Source: Escherichia phage slur02
Direction: 5' to 3' (one strand)
Length of the DNA: 64,000 bases
Sequence record: NC_028927.1
Below the pieces are notes generated by a model that saw only the letters and a list, made by a program, of their open reading frames with translations, did not search any database and had not been told where the DNA came from. This document shows, piece after piece, positions 22,998 through 32,370 of the stretch (its first letter is position 1; each line of letters opens with the position of its first letter). A program made the position numbers and the translations under genes.

Positions 22998-23027
22998 ACT
23001 ATAACACAACATGAGGAACTTGTAAAC
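22998..23027 (-). promoter_or_regulatory. early sigma70-type promoter (-35 GTTTAC, 18-nt spacer, extended -10 TGTTATAGT)
   Basis: Read on the minus strand; -35 overlaps the stop of the alt-like paralog; leader carries GAGGA before the ATG at 22966. Confidence 0.5.
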
Positions 23028-25084
23028 TACATTTTGAACTTTTTAGACATTCCGTTAATGTTAACCAAAGAAGCTAAGATTTGAGAAACTTCGTTTTCCT
23101 CTTCTTTTGATTCTTCTACAAGGAATTGATTAAATCCAGCCATTGGACGAACTTCACCAGTTTCCATTAAATGGTCGCCATCATATACTGATTCTTCTAA
23201 TTGTTCAGAAGGAGGAACGATTGTACCTTCGATTAGATACTTGTTATAAGCAGTTTCTTTCATAAAGTACGTACTTACTTTATTAATCTTCAGTAAAATT
23301 CCACGCGGTAGAATAACTTCAGCTTCTGATGGAAATCCTGTTAAATGACCTGGAACGATAACTTTGATTCGCTCAGCTCCTTTAATTACCATACCCACGC
23401 TAGTTTCAGCATTTTCATTAGCGTATGTAGAATGACTACCCATATGCATCAAATCTTCTGCATCAACAGAACCTTCTCCTTCGCCAGAAAATACTGCGCC
23501 GGAATCATCTAGAGCCATATAGTTTTTACCATGCTCACCGAAGATATTTGGTTTAAGCGATGTAGATACGAAGTTCTTGAAATAGAACATTTTGTTTTCA
23601 ATGTTATGACGCAAAGTTTTAAAGGTAACTTCTTGTCCACGATAAAGCGTAGTTCCTGGAGGAAGAACTGAACCTTTAGCGAATGCAGAATCTAACGTCT
23701 CGATGTGCTTAATAGCTCGTTCCATATATTCTTCACGGGTAGAATCTGGTTTACCCAAAAGGAACGAGTTCATTTCAACATATGAATCTGCACAATAATC
23801 TTCAATTACATCAGATTCAGCTTGAGTTAATCCTTTTGGAGTTACTTCAGTACTTGCATATTCATATGCCTGGGCAGCAGATTCATTAATCAATTTATAA
23901 ATGCCATTCATGACAAATTGAATAATAGCTGTCTTTTCATCTGGCGTGGCTTTAGAACCTTTAACCAAATCATTGATAATTTTCTTAATAACATCAAAGC
24001 TATTAGAAATATTAATATCAGCAAGATCACTTAAAATTTTATCAGTTTTATAATCAAAGAATTCTTTATTCTTTAAATATTCTTGAGAACCTTGATATGT
24101 TATATCGCTCTGCAACTTGATGGATGGATCACGTAAACGTGCATGGGCTAATGCAATATGATTTCGGAAGTTTTCTAGTTCATAATCGCTAGATTTAAAA
24201 CGAGAAGCACTCCTCATACCACCGATAGCTCCTTTGCTGAAGTTTGAACCAATCTGAATAACGCCAGAGTTCATTGGTCCTTCTGCTTTATATACCGGAA
24301 CTTTAGATTCAAACTCTTGATATTTCTTGGCAGCGAAGCTATCACCCTGAAGTGAAGCATCAACAGTAGAATATTGAGCTTGTGCTGCTAATCGACGACT
24401 AATTTTAGTTTTCTGAATAACAGCTTGGTCAGTACGTTTATCATTTTCTAAAGCAATAGAAGCAGCAACAGCGACAGCTTTAGGAACAGCATTACCTGTT
24501 TTAACGTCTACATAAACATCACCAACCTTTGATTCAACTTTTGTGAATAACTCAGTTGAAATAGGAGGTACGCCTGGAATGTCTTCTAAATTGGCATTTT
24601 TACGGTAAACCATAATATATGCATACTTTTTATCATAGTCCCAGATTTCCTTTAAAAGAACATATCGACCTGCTCCTTTAGTACGTACTAAACGGTCAGC
24701 AATAACTTGCATTTGACGAGCAGCGCCATTTGTTTTACTCTTTAGTACGCGGAATAGGCATGCGTCGATTTTATACTGCTTCATTGTTTGAAGAGCAGTA
24801 TCAAAAACAGCACTAATGACGCCAATTGGATTTCCACCCAAGTTTCTAAGCTTAACCAGCGATAATTTCTCGTTGACACCTATCATTACGATATGCATCA
24901 TTTTATCGCCCGGCTTAACGTTTTTATTCGTATCACCGCCAGAGGTGTATGTACAAAATCTAAATCCAGGAAGCACGCTTTCTTCGCCGGCTTGAATAGC
25001 AAAAATTTGTGGTATTTTATGCTTAGGATTTAAGTTAACAACCGGCGCCGAAGCGCCGTCAAATAATTCTGTAATAAGTTCCAT
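23027..25084 (-). CDS. Alt-like ADP-ribosyltransferase paralog (685 aa)
   Basis: N-terminal 230 aa closely similar to the adjacent alt ORF; C-terminal half has R / S-T-S / E-x-E ADP-ribosyltransferase motifs (YRGQ, FVSTSL, SEAEVILP). Confidence 0.85.
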   Translation of the reverse strand: MELITELFDGASAPVVNLNPKHKIPQIFAIQAGEESVLPGFRFCTYTSGGDTNKNVKPGDKMMHIVMIGVNEKLSLVKLRNLGGNPIGVISAVFDTALQTMKQYKIDACLFRVLKSKTNGAARQMQVIADRLVRTKGAGRYVLLKEIWDYDKKYAYIMVYRKNANLEDIPGVPPISTELFTKVESKVGDVYVDVKTGNAVPKAVAVAASIALENDKRTDQAVIQKTKISRRLAAQAQYSTVDASLQGDSFAAKKYQEFESKVPVYKAEGPMNSGVIQIGSNFSKGAIGGMRSASRFKSSDYELENFRNHIALAHARLRDPSIKLQSDITYQGSQEYLKNKEFFDYKTDKILSDLADINISNSFDVIKKIINDLVKGSKATPDEKTAIIQFVMNGIYKLINESAAQAYEYASTEVTPKGLTQAESDVIEDYCADSYVEMNSFLLGKPDSTREEYMERAIKHIETLDSAFAKGSVLPPGTTLYRGQEVTFKTLRHNIENKMFYFKNFVSTSLKPNIFGEHGKNYMALDDSGAVFSGEGEGSVDAEDLMHMGSHSTYANENAETSVGMVIKGAERIKVIVPGHLTGFPSEAEVILPRGILLKINKVSTYFMKETAYNKYLIEGTIVPPSEQLEESVYDGDHLMETGEVRPMAGFNQFLVEESKEEENEVSQILASLVNINGMSKKFKM

Positions 25085-25087
25085 GAT

Positions 25088-27184
25088 TTATCCTTGAACG
25101 AACTTGTAAGGCATGTTTGTAATATCTATGCAAGACGCAATAATTCCAAGAGATGATTCTACTTTCTGTTTAACATTTGATGAAACAAATGATGCAAAGT
25201 CAACTCTGTCTTCTACTTCAATATCACCTGTCATTGCAACTACTTCGCCGGTTTCCATTAGATGGTCACCGTCATAAATTACCGATTCGGTGAGTTCTTC
25301 TGTGGTCATAACTTCAGCTTGAATAAGTTTTGTATTATTAGATGTTGTTCCGTCATTATTAGAAGCATCAGTTATTTTATTAACTTTAACCATCAATCCG
25401 CGCGGTAGAATAACTTCAGCTTCTGTTGCTATTCCGAGACTTCCTGGATATACAACATTAACTTTATGAGCTCCATCAATTGCCCATCCTATTTGAACTT
25501 TAACGTATTCAGGATTTTCTTTATACGCTCTTATTTCGTTTGGATTAATAGTTATTCCTTCTTCATTTTTATCAACTGTTAATTCATTGCGAGCTTCTGG
25601 TTCTAAAAGACCAATACCAGCATGTGTAATTCCAAAACGTCCAAAAATGATAGGAGTTAAAGAAGTAGATACAAAATTTCTGAAATAGAACACTTTATTT
25701 TTAACTAGCGCTTCGTATATAGGAGCAGTCATACTTTGAGCACGATAAACTGTAATGCCTTCCGGTATGCGGTCACCATTTTCAAAAGCTGAATCTAAAT
25801 TATTTATAGCAGATTCAATTTCTTTTTCACTCATTACATCATATCGTTCTGGATTGTAACGACCTAAAAGAAGATTATTGATGTCAGTATATCCTGAACC
25901 ACAATACTCTCTAATGCCGCGCTTTTGTGATGGAGTATATTTAGAACCATCACGGGCAATAGTAATATCAATCATTGGACCTGCACCAATTCCAGAAAAA
26001 CTATAAATCATTCTTTTGAGGAATTTAGTTTTTGCTGCGTTCCAGGAATTTTTAGTTATTTCTTCCCAGACTTCATCTGGTTGTCCTTTACGATTTTTAT
26101 TATGATTAGCAAGCCATTTATCTTTATAATCTTCAAAGAATTGATTTACAGCTGCTGCGTATTTCTCTAAACATTTTATTGAAGTAGTTGGTTCATTTTT
26201 AATTGCATTAAAAATTACTTCTTTAATTTTTTCTGAAACTTCACCGACTTGACTCATTGGAAAGAATTTATAATCATAGTGAAGTTCATCTGCCGTTCCT
26301 TCAGCAATAATTTTTGCTGCCTTAGTTTTAGAAGCTAATGAATTAATTCCAAGCTTCATTTCTTCTGCTTCGGGAATTAAAGGAGCGGTAGCAGGTTTAT
26401 TGAAATTAGCTGCGGTAGATTCATACTTCTGGAATAATTCACTTTCAAATCTAGAAGATTCCAATGACTGACTTTGCGCAATTGCTCTACGTGAAATTTT
26501 AACTTTAACGATTACAGCTTGGTCAGAACGTTTATCATTTTCTTGCGCAATAGATGCTGCAATTGCCTCATTTTTAGTTACTTGAGCTCCAGTATCTTTA
26601 TTGATATAAACATCACCGACCTTCGATTCAACTTTAGTAAAGAGCTCGGTACTAATTTCCGGAACCCCTGGAATGTCTTCTAGTGATACATTTTTGCGAT
26701 GTATAAGAATATATGCATACTTTTTATCGTAATCCCAGAGTTCCTTAAGAAGGACGTATCTGCCACCTGAACGACTACGGATAAGTCTATCAGCAATAAC
26801 TTGAATTTGTCGAGCTTGACCAGCGGTTTTAGACTTAAGAATACGGAGCATACAAGCATCAATTTTATATTGACGCATTGTTTGCATTGCAACAGTAAAA
26901 ACTGAATTGATATAATTAATTGGGCTTGGACCAAGACCTTTCAATTTAGCAATTGAACCTTTAGCAGTTAATGTAAAAGGAACAATATGCATCATTTTAT
27001 CGCCCATTTTTAAATCGCGATTAGTATCACCTCCAGATGTATAGGTACATAAACGAAAGCCTGGTTGTTCAATTGCATCATCAACATGAACTGAAAAAAT
27101 TTGTGGTATTTTCTTCTTTGGGTTTAAGTTTGTAATCGGAAGAGTAGTATCTTCGTCAAATAATTCTGTAATGAGTTCCATCAT
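25088..27184 (-). CDS. alt: Alt, capsid-packaged ADP-ribosyltransferase (698 aa)
   Basis: Alt-type N-terminus MELITELFDEDTTLP...; ADP-ribosyltransferase motifs YRAQ, FVSTSL, EAEVILP; adjacent to gene 30 as in T4. Confidence 0.85.
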   Translation of the reverse strand: MMELITELFDEDTTLPITNLNPKKKIPQIFSVHVDDAIEQPGFRLCTYTSGGDTNRDLKMGDKMMHIVPFTLTAKGSIAKLKGLGPSPINYINSVFTVAMQTMRQYKIDACMLRILKSKTAGQARQIQVIADRLIRSRSGGRYVLLKELWDYDKKYAYILIHRKNVSLEDIPGVPEISTELFTKVESKVGDVYINKDTGAQVTKNEAIAASIAQENDKRSDQAVIVKVKISRRAIAQSQSLESSRFESELFQKYESTAANFNKPATAPLIPEAEEMKLGINSLASKTKAAKIIAEGTADELHYDYKFFPMSQVGEVSEKIKEVIFNAIKNEPTTSIKCLEKYAAAVNQFFEDYKDKWLANHNKNRKGQPDEVWEEITKNSWNAAKTKFLKRMIYSFSGIGAGPMIDITIARDGSKYTPSQKRGIREYCGSGYTDINNLLLGRYNPERYDVMSEKEIESAINNLDSAFENGDRIPEGITVYRAQSMTAPIYEALVKNKVFYFRNFVSTSLTPIIFGRFGITHAGIGLLEPEARNELTVDKNEEGITINPNEIRAYKENPEYVKVQIGWAIDGAHKVNVVYPGSLGIATEAEVILPRGLMVKVNKITDASNNDGTTSNNTKLIQAEVMTTEELTESVIYDGDHLMETGEVVAMTGDIEVEDRVDFASFVSSNVKQKVESSLGIIASCIDITNMPYKFVQG

Positions 27185-27215
27185 ATCCTCTCTAGTGTTT
27201 ATTCTATTTATAAAA

Positions 27216-27233
27216 TTAAAGGCCCGAAGGCCT
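27216..27233 (-). terminator. terminator between the small ORF after gene 30 and alt
   Basis: AGGCC-UUCG-GGCCU hairpin followed by a U-rich tract on the minus strand. Confidence 0.5.
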
Positions 27234-27422
27234 TTAATAATCTATTGGTAAGAGAGTACGATATATTTCAAACTTTGGACCTTTTTCATAAGCATCAAAA
27301 GTTTCTGTGAATTTATTATAAGCATATGCATCTATAAATTCAATCATGATTTGTGATACAGAAGTAGAAACATCTCCACCTTCTTTTTGAGCCACGACAA
27401 TTGTTTCTAAGTAAGCTTTCAT
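27234..27422 (-). CDS. hypothetical small protein
   Basis: 62 aa ORF overlapping gene 30 stop; terminator hairpin downstream. Confidence 0.5.
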   Translation of the reverse strand: MKAYLETIVVAQKEGGDVSTSVSQIMIEFIDAYAYNKFTETFDAYEKGPKFEIYRTLLPIDY

Positions 27423-28882
27423 AAACCAGTTACCTCATGAAAATCACCAAATACATCTTCGAATGTATTAGCTTTAGTTTTATCTTCACGTAAACGAATC
27501 GCAATCGGAAGAAATAATTTAACGTAATCAGTGCGGCCATCAGATTTTAACCAACCGTTGCATTCGCACTCTAGAATTTTTCCAATATAATAATTTTGGT
27601 TTTCCATAATGCGAGTACGGTCAAGTTCATGCGATTTTACACCGGCTTTATCTTTTAAGCCTGAACCAGCATTTACTTTAATTTTTCCACACTCTGACTC
27701 AAGAATAAATCCACCTGCTTTAGTAGGGTCTTTACGGTGAGGATAAATTCCTACAATTTTTAAATCAACATCAATTACTTCTTTAAATTTATAGAGATTT
27801 TTTGAACGAGCATTTTCCCATAATCCATCGATATTTTTGAGAATAATACCTTCAAGACCTTGGTCAATATACTTTTTATAAATTACCTTAGCTTCATCTA
27901 GGTTATTTACTACTTGGTTTTCAATTAAAATTACTTTATCATATCCTGATGTCATTTGTTCTAATTTAGAAAAACGTACATCATATTTTAAACGAAATGC
28001 TGGAAGACCGTATATTTCTACCAACGGAACATAATCCCAGACCTGAAACTTCATGCATTGAGCTTCTTTTTCTGAAATAGTTCCCTTTAAAGATTTATTA
28101 GCGATTCCATTAGAAGTAGTACGTGATTCAGCTACTTCAGCAAACTCTTTAGCTTTACTAATTTCAGGATAAGCATCAAAAAGAAAATCTAGGCCTTCTG
28201 GCTCCTTTTTAACTTGCTCATGGTATACCAATTCGCCATCAATTAACACGCCTTCTGGATGAATCTGGCGGGCTTCAGCGGTCATTTTGATTAATTCTTC
28301 CTTAAGAAGATCTAATCCTAGATACTCATTACCGGCTCGTGATAAAAGACGAACATCATCTAATTCATCACCTCTGACTTCGGCAAAGCACCGAGCCCCA
28401 TCAGCTTTTAACTGGGCAAAGGCTGGAAATTTGATATTCTTATTAATGCCTTTTTCATCATAAGAACTTGCCAGCATTTGAGGTTGTTCAGGAATTAAAC
28501 CTGGCCAAACTTTGTTTGCAATAGATACTGAAGCACCACATTCAAGGTCTCGCATCATCACTCGACGCAAAACTTCAACATCATCTTTTTTACCATCGGT
28601 GATATATCCAGATAATTCCTCAATTGCCGCATTTCCGGTCAATTTCCGAGTAGCTAACGTGAATTCAATGAAGTCAAGCATATCGGTAAGAGTCAACATT
28701 CCAAAACTCTGGGTAGCAATACCAGATTTAGGCCATTTCTTGATATAATACTGCAACCCACGAGAATAAGTCAGACGATATACTCGTTTAAGCAATTCAT
28801 TATCTTTATTCTTTTCAAGAATTGCTTGCTTCTGCTTAGTTGAACCAATAGATGCTATTTCGTTCAGAATTTTAAGAATCAT
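27419..28882 (-). CDS. 30: ATP-dependent DNA ligase gp30
   Basis: 487 aa; adenylation motif KADGAR; T4 length. Confidence 0.95.
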   Translation of the reverse strand: MILKILNEIASIGSTKQKQAILEKNKDNELLKRVYRLTYSRGLQYYIKKWPKSGIATQSFGMLTLTDMLDFIEFTLATRKLTGNAAIEELSGYITDGKKDDVEVLRRVMMRDLECGASVSIANKVWPGLIPEQPQMLASSYDEKGINKNIKFPAFAQLKADGARCFAEVRGDELDDVRLLSRAGNEYLGLDLLKEELIKMTAEARQIHPEGVLIDGELVYHEQVKKEPEGLDFLFDAYPEISKAKEFAEVAESRTTSNGIANKSLKGTISEKEAQCMKFQVWDYVPLVEIYGLPAFRLKYDVRFSKLEQMTSGYDKVILIENQVVNNLDEAKVIYKKYIDQGLEGIILKNIDGLWENARSKNLYKFKEVIDVDLKIVGIYPHRKDPTKAGGFILESECGKIKVNAGSGLKDKAGVKSHELDRTRIMENQNYYIGKILECECNGWLKSDGRTDYVKLFLPIAIRLREDKTKANTFEDVFGDFHEVTGL

Positions 28883-29148
28883 TGTTCATCCTTTAGAGTT
28901 TGGTTTACAGCTCTATTATAAATCAATTCATCATTAAGCTCAGTCAAAGACCTATGGTACGTGGTTCTAACTTTATTTCCTTGCATCCAGTGTTTGACGT
29001 AAATGAAACCTTGCTCTACACATTTTTTAAAAATTCGTTCGTCTTTTTGAGCTCGGAATTTTGGATTGCATCTAAAAAATTGATTTACGTGACCGTAATC
29101 ACGTGTAGTATTACCTTCATTTTCATAAATAGTGTGAACAACAAACAT
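28879..29148 (-). CDS. hypothetical protein (30.1-like)
   Basis: 89 aa; ATGA overlap with gene 30 start. Confidence 0.6.
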   Translation of the reverse strand: MFVVHTIYENEGNTTRDYGHVNQFFRCNPKFRAQKDERIFKKCVEQGFIYVKHWMQGNKVRTTYHRSLTELNDELIYNRAVNQTLKDEQ

Positions 29149-29984
29149 TAGAATGCTCCTTGGAAAATATTATCACCACTAGTAGGTCTATTATACAAAT
29201 ACTCTATGCCACCAGGTTTAATATAGTTCCATGTCTGAAACGGATGTGTCTGATATGGATGATATGGATTATAAGGATTAAATCCAGGAGTTCTCCAGGT
29301 AGTGTTCCAACGAAAAGAATCATTTTTAATCATCTTTTCAATTACATCTTTTATAGCTTTTTCACTATCAAAACTTTCTTTATTTTCCTTCGGTGAAAAA
29401 AGCTTATTCTCTACATCGTTCCATGTATAAACTCGCTGAGCGGTTTTTGGAATACTGTCACGTTCCCCTCGAGCCATCCAATAAACAGGAACATTTAATA
29501 TTTCACTCGCGTGATCGCAGTGGTGAGCGAGATCGTCAATATAACAAATTACGTTATATTTCTCTTTTGCCTTTTTGAACAACTCTTCTTTTGAAGAATC
29601 ATGACCACACATCATTACTTCTGAGAAGGCACCAGGAAAAAGAGCATTCAAATTAAATTGACGATTCAGCAGAGCGTCAATAGAATCACCCAGTGCTGTA
29701 ACAGCTACAAAATTATAATCTTCTTTTAATTTGTTAATTACACACAGGGCATCTTTATACGGAGACAAGTAACGAATAAAATCTGAACGATTGTATTTTT
29801 CAATTAACTTGACGCCAAGTTCTTCATCACAATTAAAAAGTTTACCTGGAGAAATAAATTTCTCATCTTGGATCATTTTTAAAATATGTTCCAACGGAAG
29901 ATTATATTTCTGAGCAAAATAAGGAAGGCCTGATTGCCAGCTTAAACATACTCCATCAATATCAGTTAAAATAGTAGGCTTCAT
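29148..29984 (-). CDS. hypothetical protein (30.2-like)
   Basis: 278 aa; conserved T-even ORF position. Confidence 0.65.
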   Translation of the reverse strand: MKPTILTDIDGVCLSWQSGLPYFAQKYNLPLEHILKMIQDEKFISPGKLFNCDEELGVKLIEKYNRSDFIRYLSPYKDALCVINKLKEDYNFVAVTALGDSIDALLNRQFNLNALFPGAFSEVMMCGHDSSKEELFKKAKEKYNVICYIDDLAHHCDHASEILNVPVYWMARGERDSIPKTAQRVYTWNDVENKLFSPKENKESFDSEKAIKDVIEKMIKNDSFRWNTTWRTPGFNPYNPYHPYQTHPFQTWNYIKPGGIEYLYNRPTSGDNIFQGAF

Positions 29985-30445
29985 AGAGAGTCTCTTAATA
30001 GGTTTAACACATCAATAAATTCAGCTTCTGTTAGTATTGTATCATCTTTTGTTAGACCACTAGCCATGCTGTGCTTCAAAACTTTTCCTTTCGAGGCTTG
30101 TAATGCATCGCGAAAGCCCTTGTTTTGGATCGCTGCTTCAAAATATGCATTTGTGTATAATTCTTTCCACGCTGGGGAGTATCTTGAAAACGGAACTCCA
30201 AGCCAAAAGAGGGTCCCACGGTCCTGAGCTCTTGCATAAGACCTTCCAGCTTGTTGGGCGGCAAGACCGGATAACCAAAATATACGACGTTGTTGTTCAA
30301 CATTTTTCACCTTACACCCTTGGAGGAATCCTTCGAGACCTCCAAATTGGATACCATCCATAACAAAAGGCCATTGGGCGAAATTACTTAATGCACATGA
30401 TGGCCATCTAAAATTACTTCTTATCTCTAGCTCAAACATTTTCAA
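29981..30445 (-). CDS. hypothetical protein (30.3-like), possibly NADAR/YbiA family
   Basis: 154 aa; family assignment is from memory of the T4 30.3 annotation and is not verified by motif here. Confidence 0.6.
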   Translation of the reverse strand: MKMFELEIRSNFRWPSCALSNFAQWPFVMDGIQFGGLEGFLQGCKVKNVEQQRRIFWLSGLAAQQAGRSYARAQDRGTLFWLGVPFSRYSPAWKELYTNAYFEAAIQNKGFRDALQASKGKVLKHSMASGLTKDDTILTEAEFIDVLNLLRDSL

Positions 30446-30638
30446 TACTTATAATTTCAACATCAGCCCAATGACCATAGCAAGGAAGACGAAATTCAAC
30501 TGGCCAGTTAGGGTCCTTTTCTAATATAATAGACTTAACTTGTGGTTCTTCATGTTCATCGGTATACGGACCTTTATACGTTACTTTATATGTGACCTTA
30601 ATGTACTGAATTCCAAAAATCTTATTAATTATATTCAT
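30432..30638 (-). CDS. hypothetical small protein (30.x cluster)
   Basis: 68 aa ORF in the packed minus-strand array. Confidence 0.5.
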   Translation of the reverse strand: MNIINKIFGIQYIKVTYKVTYKGPYTDEHEEPQVKSIILEKDPNWPVEFRLPCYGHWADVEIISIENV

Positions 30639-30832
30639 ACTAATTCCTTTAATCCATAGATAGGAGATAATTCATCACCCATACGAAGGTCTTCATTTCC
30701 ATCTACCCAGAAAACAATATAAGCCTCTTTTATTTGAATACCACTCCATTTAAATGGAGGTAGAACCTTAGAAATTAATCCAGGTATACCAACTCCCTTT
30801 AATTCAACAGTTTGACCTAAAAAGAATTTCAT
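30635..30832 (-). CDS. hypothetical small protein (30.x cluster)
   Basis: 65 aa; ATGA-type coupling with neighbours. Confidence 0.5.
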   Translation of the reverse strand: MKFFLGQTVELKGVGIPGLISKVLPPFKWSGIQIKEAYIVFWVDGNEDLRMGDELSPIYGLKELV

Positions 30833-31119
30833 TAGAACCTCATCTGAAAACCGTGCGATTTAACATTACCGCCGCCAATATCAGAAATGTTAATTTCGCG
30901 CGCAATTGAAGGGTCAATGTCAATTTCACGATTGAGTTTAGTGATAGCTAAAGTATCGCGCCCATTTACTGTACGGAATTTTAAAGGACAAACCACATCA
31001 ACGTAGTTTTTAATCGATTCACTGGTAGGCTGCAAATGAGCAGGAAGGTCTTTAGGTGCCTTTGAGAAAACAACTTCACAGAAATTTTTGCGGGTGTCAA
31101 AATAAGTAGTCATAAACAT
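30832..31119 (-). CDS. hypothetical protein (30.x cluster)
   Basis: 95 aa; SD GAGGA upstream. Confidence 0.6.
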   Translation of the reverse strand: MFMTTYFDTRKNFCEVVFSKAPKDLPAHLQPTSESIKNYVDVVCPLKFRTVNGRDTLAITKLNREIDIDPSIAREINISDIGGGNVKSHGFQMRF

Positions 31120-31160
31120 AATATTTTCCTCAGTAAGGGGCTAAAGCCCCTCATTTTATT

Positions 31161-31538
31161 TTAAATATCAAATTCATTAAGAACTACATCAAAGATTGCT
31201 TCAAGATGCTCAGATTTGGCTTTGTTACTCAGAATATGACGAATCCAAGTTTTAACTAAGAGTTTACGATTAACGCCATTCCAGCAAGGATGAGTCCCTA
31301 AATCGCGTTGACGGAAATCATCATCCAGAGCGATTTTAAAGTTGGAACCTTCCATTGTGATTGAAACCGTGATACCGTTTTCAAATCGCATATAAACGTA
31401 ATTAGGAGTCATATACTGATCGATTTCGCATACTGATCCGTTTTGATGTTTCCAGAGGCAAATAGTATCAATAGAACCTGCAATACCATTAGAAACATAT
31501 TTACGTTCAAAGTTGATGTAGTTCATTTTATTCTCCAA
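31161..31538 (-). CDS. hypothetical protein (30.x cluster)
   Basis: 125 aa; early-type promoter upstream. Confidence 0.6.
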   Translation of the reverse strand: MENKMNYINFERKYVSNGIAGSIDTICLWKHQNGSVCEIDQYMTPNYVYMRFENGITVSITMEGSNFKIALDDDFRQRDLGTHPCWNGVNRKLLVKTWIRHILSNKAKSEHLEAIFDVVLNEFDI

Positions 31539-31562
31539 GATGTTTAATTGCGGTACAGGTAT

Positions 31563-31591
31563 ATAATATCATATCCTGTACCAAAGTAAAC
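31563..31591 (-). promoter_or_regulatory. early sigma70-type promoter
   Basis: Minus strand GTTTAC, 17 nt, TGATATTAT, ahead of the ORF starting at 31538. Confidence 0.45.
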
Positions 31592-31593
31592 AA

Positions 31594-31926
31594 TTATTTT
31601 ACTACTTTCCAATGCTGCATGTCAAGTTTACCAACTTTTTTCATCTTCTCAATTAAGCGTTCGGCACGTTGGCGAGCTGTAACATAATGCCATTCGCCTA
31701 ATTCATTTTGTTCAATTTTTCCAACGATTACTGTATTCAATTCATAAATCCAACCAGTAAAGAAATTATGAACTTGAATTGTAAAGGTGAAATCTGTTCC
31801 CATACCTTCTGTTGTTTCTACTTCAATAATATCACCTTCAACTGCCATTAAGAACCACATAGTTTCATCATATTTACCATTGAAGCATTTAGTTTTAACT
31901 GTAGCGTTCAGATTAATCGTTTTCAT
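31594..31926 (-). CDS. hypothetical protein (30.x cluster)
   Basis: 110 aa; early-type promoter upstream. Confidence 0.6.
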   Translation of the reverse strand: MKTINLNATVKTKCFNGKYDETMWFLMAVEGDIIEVETTEGMGTDFTFTIQVHNFFTGWIYELNTVIVGKIEQNELGEWHYVTARQRAERLIEKMKKVGKLDMQHWKVVK

Positions 31927-31953
31927 TTTATTCTCCTTTGTTTGTGTAAGATA

Positions 31954-31983
31954 ATACTATCACAAAGGAACCGTACTGTAAAC
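31954..31983 (-). promoter_or_regulatory. early sigma70-type promoter
   Basis: Minus strand GTTTAC, 18 nt, TGATAGTAT, ahead of the ORF starting at 31926. Confidence 0.45.
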
Positions 31984-32002
31984 AACTTTGTGCAATCTTT
32001 GG

Positions 32003-32031
32003 AAAATAAAAAAGGACTCCCGAAGGAGTCC
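32003..32031 (-). terminator. strong terminator downstream of the 30.9-like ORF
   Basis: GGACUCC-UUCG-GGAGUCC hairpin followed by UUUUUUAUUUU on the minus strand. Confidence 0.7.
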
Positions 32032-32036
32032 TCAAC

Positions 32037-32213
32037 TTATGCTTTCTGCTTACCAAAACGAGAAGCATCATCTCGAAGAACCGCACGTGCTCGGCGCATG
32101 ATCTTCTCAACAGTTTGATTGATACGAGAGTTCGACCCACGCTTGTAACCAGCGCGTTTAGAATCACCAACTTTCTTTTCAACTGCTTTCTTTGCTTTAG
32201 CTTGTTTTGCCAT
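32037..32213 (-). CDS. small basic protein (30.9-like)
   Basis: Likely start at MAKQAKAKK (58 aa); the track ORF 32037..32255 extends further 5'; strong terminator downstream. Confidence 0.5.
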   Translation of the reverse strand: MAKQAKAKKAVEKKVGDSKRAGYKRGSNSRINQTVEKIMRRARAVLRDDASRFGKQKA

Positions 32214-32226
32214 TATAAATTCTCTT

Positions 32227-32370
32227 TTAAATGAAAATGCAGGACTTATTGGCATTGCCTGCGCAAGCCCTCAAAGGGGTACTTAGGTTTTGAATATTTA
32301 CCGACAGGATAACCATAAACCTCGTCATCATACCACCAAGACTTACACAGATAACACTTTTCTGACGCAT
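32227..32370 (-). CDS. possible 47-aa Cys-containing small ORF
   Basis: Hand-translated MRQKSVICVSLGGMMTRFMVILSV...; below track threshold; weak RBS; ends 13 nt before the 30.9-like start. Confidence 0.3.
   Translation of the reverse strand: MRQKSVICVSLGGMMTRFMVILSVNIQNLSTPLRACAGNANKSCIFI

Noticed and set aside
31137-31150. GGGGC-TAAA-GCCCC hairpin considered as a terminator for the minus-strand genes
   Set aside because: The U-tract is on the plus strand only, while the flanking genes are on the minus strand; more likely an intercistronic RNA structure.
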